Below, in pieces: positions 43,446 to 45,895 of a stretch of 45,895 bases of DNA (within the stretch, counting starts at the first letter, position 1; the number at the start of each line of letters is the position of its first letter). A program made the translations under genes and the position numbers. The notes under the pieces were generated by a model that was not told where the DNA came from, did no database searches, and saw only the letters and a program-made list of their open reading frames with translations. Origin of the DNA: Candidatus Thorarchaeota archaeon (GTDB lineage: Archaea > Asgardarchaeota > Thorarchaeia > Thorarchaeales > Thorarchaeaceae). Location: positions 1-45,895 of the forward strand of contig JAGXKG010000013.1 of NCBI GenBank assembly GCA_018335335.1, given 5' to 3'.

Positions 43446-45895
43446 ATGAATCACAAGCACGCCATACTTCTTTCACTCATAATGCTAATTGGCATGAGTA
43501 TGTTTCCATTTGGAGCTTCTCCTAACGTAGTTTCTCGGAAAGACCCCATGGAACAAGTAACCCCGGCTGAAATCACGCCGCGTAATATTCGAGTAGCAAT
43601 ATACAATGAAACCAATTTTACTAAACCCACTTGGGCATATGATGGGTTGTTTACACAGGATTCAACCGACATTGCTCAGGTGTTGGAGGATGCTGGCTAT
43701 CAAGTCGAGCTGCTGACATTTCAAGATCTGCTTGACCATAGACTTATTGTAGCAGATTTTGATGTGTTCGTACTGCCAAACAATCTACCACGTGAGAACG
43801 TCACCATGTTGGCAAAGGAGTTCTGGTTGGCTGGAGGTGGCCTTCTTACCGTCGACAGCGCAGCTAGCTTCTTGGGATATGCTGGAGTGGTCCCGTACGA
43901 GTCCGAAGGGAATCACGGTTATGACTCCTACTGGTACTACAATTGGTCAGAAATTCAGACCGTCGCCAGTCTGCACCCCGTTACAAAGAGATATTCTACT
44001 GGAGACACGATAAATGTAACAGACTTTGAGTGGGCAACTTTCAACTGGTCTGCGCTTTCAGCTACTTCAGAATACTCCCATTATACGAAGCTACTGAACA
44101 TTGAGGGCCAGCCAAACAACGTAACTGGTTTCGCATATGATCCCCTTCTTCGAGGCGGTAAGGTTGTTCATCTGCCAGGATTTGTAGCTAACACCAGTGA
44201 CACGAGATACATGGTTCAGGGGATAAGGAACCTCTGCATAGATGCTGTAGAGTGGCTATGTCCAGTTCCAAAATCACGGATTGCGTATGATCTTTCTCAT
44301 CATCCACGGAACGGAATTGATCCTTGGGATGAGGAGGCTCTATTCCCTAGCAAGTTTGGCACTTTCAGGAACCTGCTTGTAAATCATTCATTTACAGTAG
44401 ACAAGCTCTATCCTTCACCAGAAGGAAACCTGACACAAGAAAGACTTGAACCATATGATGTTCTTATACTGGTGTTGCCTGAATACAACTTTACAGACGA
44501 TGAACGAACAGCCGTACAATCGTGGGTTCATTCAGGTGGGTCGCTTCTGACAATGTCGGAGTCACTCAGCTACCAATCTGCAAACATCAAGCCTGTAGAT
44601 CAAATCAATCAACTAATGGGCCCTTTCGACATGGAAATTGTCTCAGGTCTCAACTGGAGCGTAACTGCATCGATAGTGAAGCATCCCATCAGGGACCGAG
44701 CATCCCAAGTTTACATGGATTGCGTTGGTCCTCTGAATATCACTGAAGGTGCCTTTCCACTGGTTGAGAAGGATGAAGACGTTTTCATGGCTGGAAGTGA
44801 ATACGGAAATGGCCGGGTGGTACTATCTGGTGGTATGAACTGGCCTGGTCATATAGCGCTCACTTCTCTGGATAACCGACACTGGGCACTCAATGTACTC
44901 AATTGGTTGGGCGCAAGTGAGGCCGATACATTACTGTACTGTGATAATCTCATCTCGGATGATTTCTACGACAGTCCGGCTTCAAAAGCGCTGAACGAAC
45001 TCGGAGTGGACTACTTCCTTGTAACTGATGCGAGCAATCTCAACCTGACGCTTCATGAGTATGAGTGGGACCGGATCATCATCGATTCGGTGGTGTGGGA
45101 CGTTTCAGGATCCATCGAGCCGCTGATTGAACATCTTGAAAATGGCGGATACCTAGCTATGGCCTGTAGCAATTTTGACAACTCGATGTATGAACCTCTG
45201 CTAAACATGATGGGGGCATCTCAGGCCAGTAACTATCCATTCAATTCTGAGTTCTATATATGGGAAGAGGATCATCCTGTGTTCCAGACGCCCGTCAATG
45301 TGAGTACGAGTTCCTTTAGTACGGTGAACTACTATTGGGATGATGGAGACGAATTAAGCGTCTTAGACAACGCGACCGCACTGGGCGGATCAACCTCTTA
45401 TAAGGATGAGACCGCCAAGGCAGCTCTGGCGGTTCGAAATGACGGCAAGACCGTTGTCATGGGTTACATGTTCGACCAGATTGATGGGGACAATGATAAT
45501 TCATCATATGCTGATAGTTTTGAAATGTGGCTCAACACAGTGTCCCACATCTTTGCACCTTCTGTTGACAGTCCCTCTGACAAGACTATCGAGCTGGGTA
45601 CAACTGGAGAATTCATCACTTGGCATCCATCCAGCTACAGACCTGACAGCTTTATCATCGAAGAGAATGGTGTGGTAATCGATAGCGCTACCTGGAACGG
45701 TGGTGACATAAGCCAGCCGTTGGATGGTTATGAAGCCGGAACCTATAACTTCACGTTGATAGTGGAGGATGTCTTTGGTCAAACCACATCCGATCGAGTT
45801 CGAGTGGTGGTAGAGGACACGATTCCTCCTGCATTGAATTCTCCATCAGATGTAGAGTTCACTGAAGGAGATGAAGGCCACTTCGTTAACTGGAC
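43446..45895 (+). CDS. Large secreted N-glycosylation-sequon-rich protein, 3'-partial (more than 815 aa visible). It has a signal peptide, three repeated ~230-aa domains with a class-I glutamine amidotransferase-like/ThuA-like signature, and then the start of Ig/HYR-like repeats.
   Basis: Not in the ORF track because it has no stop inside the window. Manual translation from ATG ~43446 reads MNHKHAILLSLIMLIGMSMFPFGASP... with no in-frame stop to 45895. There are at least 15 N-x-S/T sequons. The three blocks are IRVAIYNE...DFDVFVLPNN...AGGGLLTV, RIAYDLSH...YDVLILVLPEYN...HSGGSLLTM and TLLYCDNL...WDRIIIDSVVWD...ENGGYLAMA. The C-terminal TWNGGDISQPLDGYEAGTYNFTLIVEDVFGQTTSDRVRVVVEDTIPPA is Ig/HYR-like. 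Confidence 0.65.
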   Translation, partial: MNHKHAILLSLIMLIGMSMFPFGASPNVVSRKDPMEQVTPAEITPRNIRVAIYNETNFTKPTWAYDGLFTQDSTDIAQVLEDAGYQVELLTFQDLLDHRLIVADFDVFVLPNNLPRENVTMLAKEFWLAGGGLLTVDSAASFLGYAGVVPYESEGNHGYDSYWYYNWSEIQTVASLHPVTKRYSTGDTINVTDFEWATFNWSALSATSEYSHYTKLLNIEGQPNNVTGFAYDPLLRGGKVVHLPGFVANTSDTRYMVQGIRNLCIDAVEWLCPVPKSRIAYDLSHHPRNGIDPWDEEALFPSKFGTFRNLLVNHSFTVDKLYPSPEGNLTQERLEPYDVLILVLPEYNFTDDERTAVQSWVHSGGSLLTMSESLSYQSANIKPVDQINQLMGPFDMEIVSGLNWSVTASIVKHPIRDRASQVYMDCVGPLNITEGAFPLVEKDEDVFMAGSEYGNGRVVLSGGMNWPGHIALTSLDNRHWALNVLNWLGASEADTLLYCDNLISDDFYDSPASKALNELGVDYFLVTDASNLNLTLHEYEWDRIIIDSVVWDVSGSIEPLIEHLENGGYLAMACSNFDNSMYEPLLNMMGASQASNYPFNSEFYIWEEDHPVFQTPVNVSTSSFSTVNYYWDDGDELSVLDNATALGGSTSYKDETAKAALAVRNDGKTVVMGYMFDQIDGDNDNSSYADSFEMWLNTVSHIFAPSVDSPSDKTIELGTTGEFITWHPSSYRPDSFIIEENGVVIDSATWNGGDISQPLDGYEAGTYNFTLIVEDVFGQTTSDRVRVVVEDTIPPALNSPSDVEFTEGDEGHFVNW

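Noticed and set aside
43451-43672. Minus-strand ORF of 73 aa.
   Set aside because: It overlaps the signal-peptide and N-terminal region of the much longer, protein-like plus-strand ORF that starts at ~43446.
1-45895. Looked for CRISPR arrays, rRNA genes, integrases, transposases and inverted terminal repeats.
   Set aside because: I saw no spaced direct-repeat arrays, rRNA-like conserved stretches, or transposase or integrase motifs in any frame by eye.

Overview
This window is a chromosomal region of an archaeon, most likely an Asgard-group lineage (Thorarchaeota-like). The genes are densely packed, about 90 percent coding, with roughly mid-40s percent GC by eye. Many start codons have GGAGG-type Shine-Dalgarno sites, and intergenic regions are AT-rich with TATA-like boxes.

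I saw no rRNA gene, tRNA gene, CRISPR array, transposase or integrase. The window looks like core genome with accessory islands, not a mobile element.

Recognisable housekeeping genes:
- topoisomerase VI B and A (Spo11 homolog)
- Cdc48/VCP double-AAA ATPase, preceded by an Hsp20-like gene
- a group II chaperonin (thermosome)
- histidyl-tRNA synthetase
- RNA polymerase subunit K (Rpb6 homolog), here with a long acidic plus helix-hairpin-helix N-terminal extension
- a Naa10/ARD1-like N-terminal acetyltransferase
- a Fap7/AK6-type adenylate kinase
- an alanine-type aminotransferase

Eukaryote-like signature proteins:
- a gelsolin-domain protein (1DGelX-like) whose stop overlaps the start of a Roadblock/LC7 (MglB-like) gene
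- an AN1-type zinc finger fused to an M50 site-2-protease membrane domain
- a GH38 alpha-mannosidase-like hydrolase

Other content:
- a thiamine or iron(III)-type ABC importer (solute-binding protein, permease, ATPase), divergent from an HTH regulator
- a glycyl-radical-activase-like radical SAM gene coupled to a GNAT gene
- a MEMO1-family protein, an MFS transporter and an MgtC-family membrane protein
- a solitary gamma-class N6-adenine DNA methyltransferase next to an SPFH/zinc-ribbon protein
- two large N-glycosylation-sequon-rich secreted or surface proteins; one is an unlisted ORF running off the 3' window edge

The most interesting candidates are the gelsolin-Roadblock coupled pair and the Hsp20-Cdc48 module with an elaborate palindromic promoter-operator plus a structured leader. 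The extended RpoK and the AN1-M50 protease fusion come next. All calls are from reading the sequence and ORF translations by eye; no database search was run.
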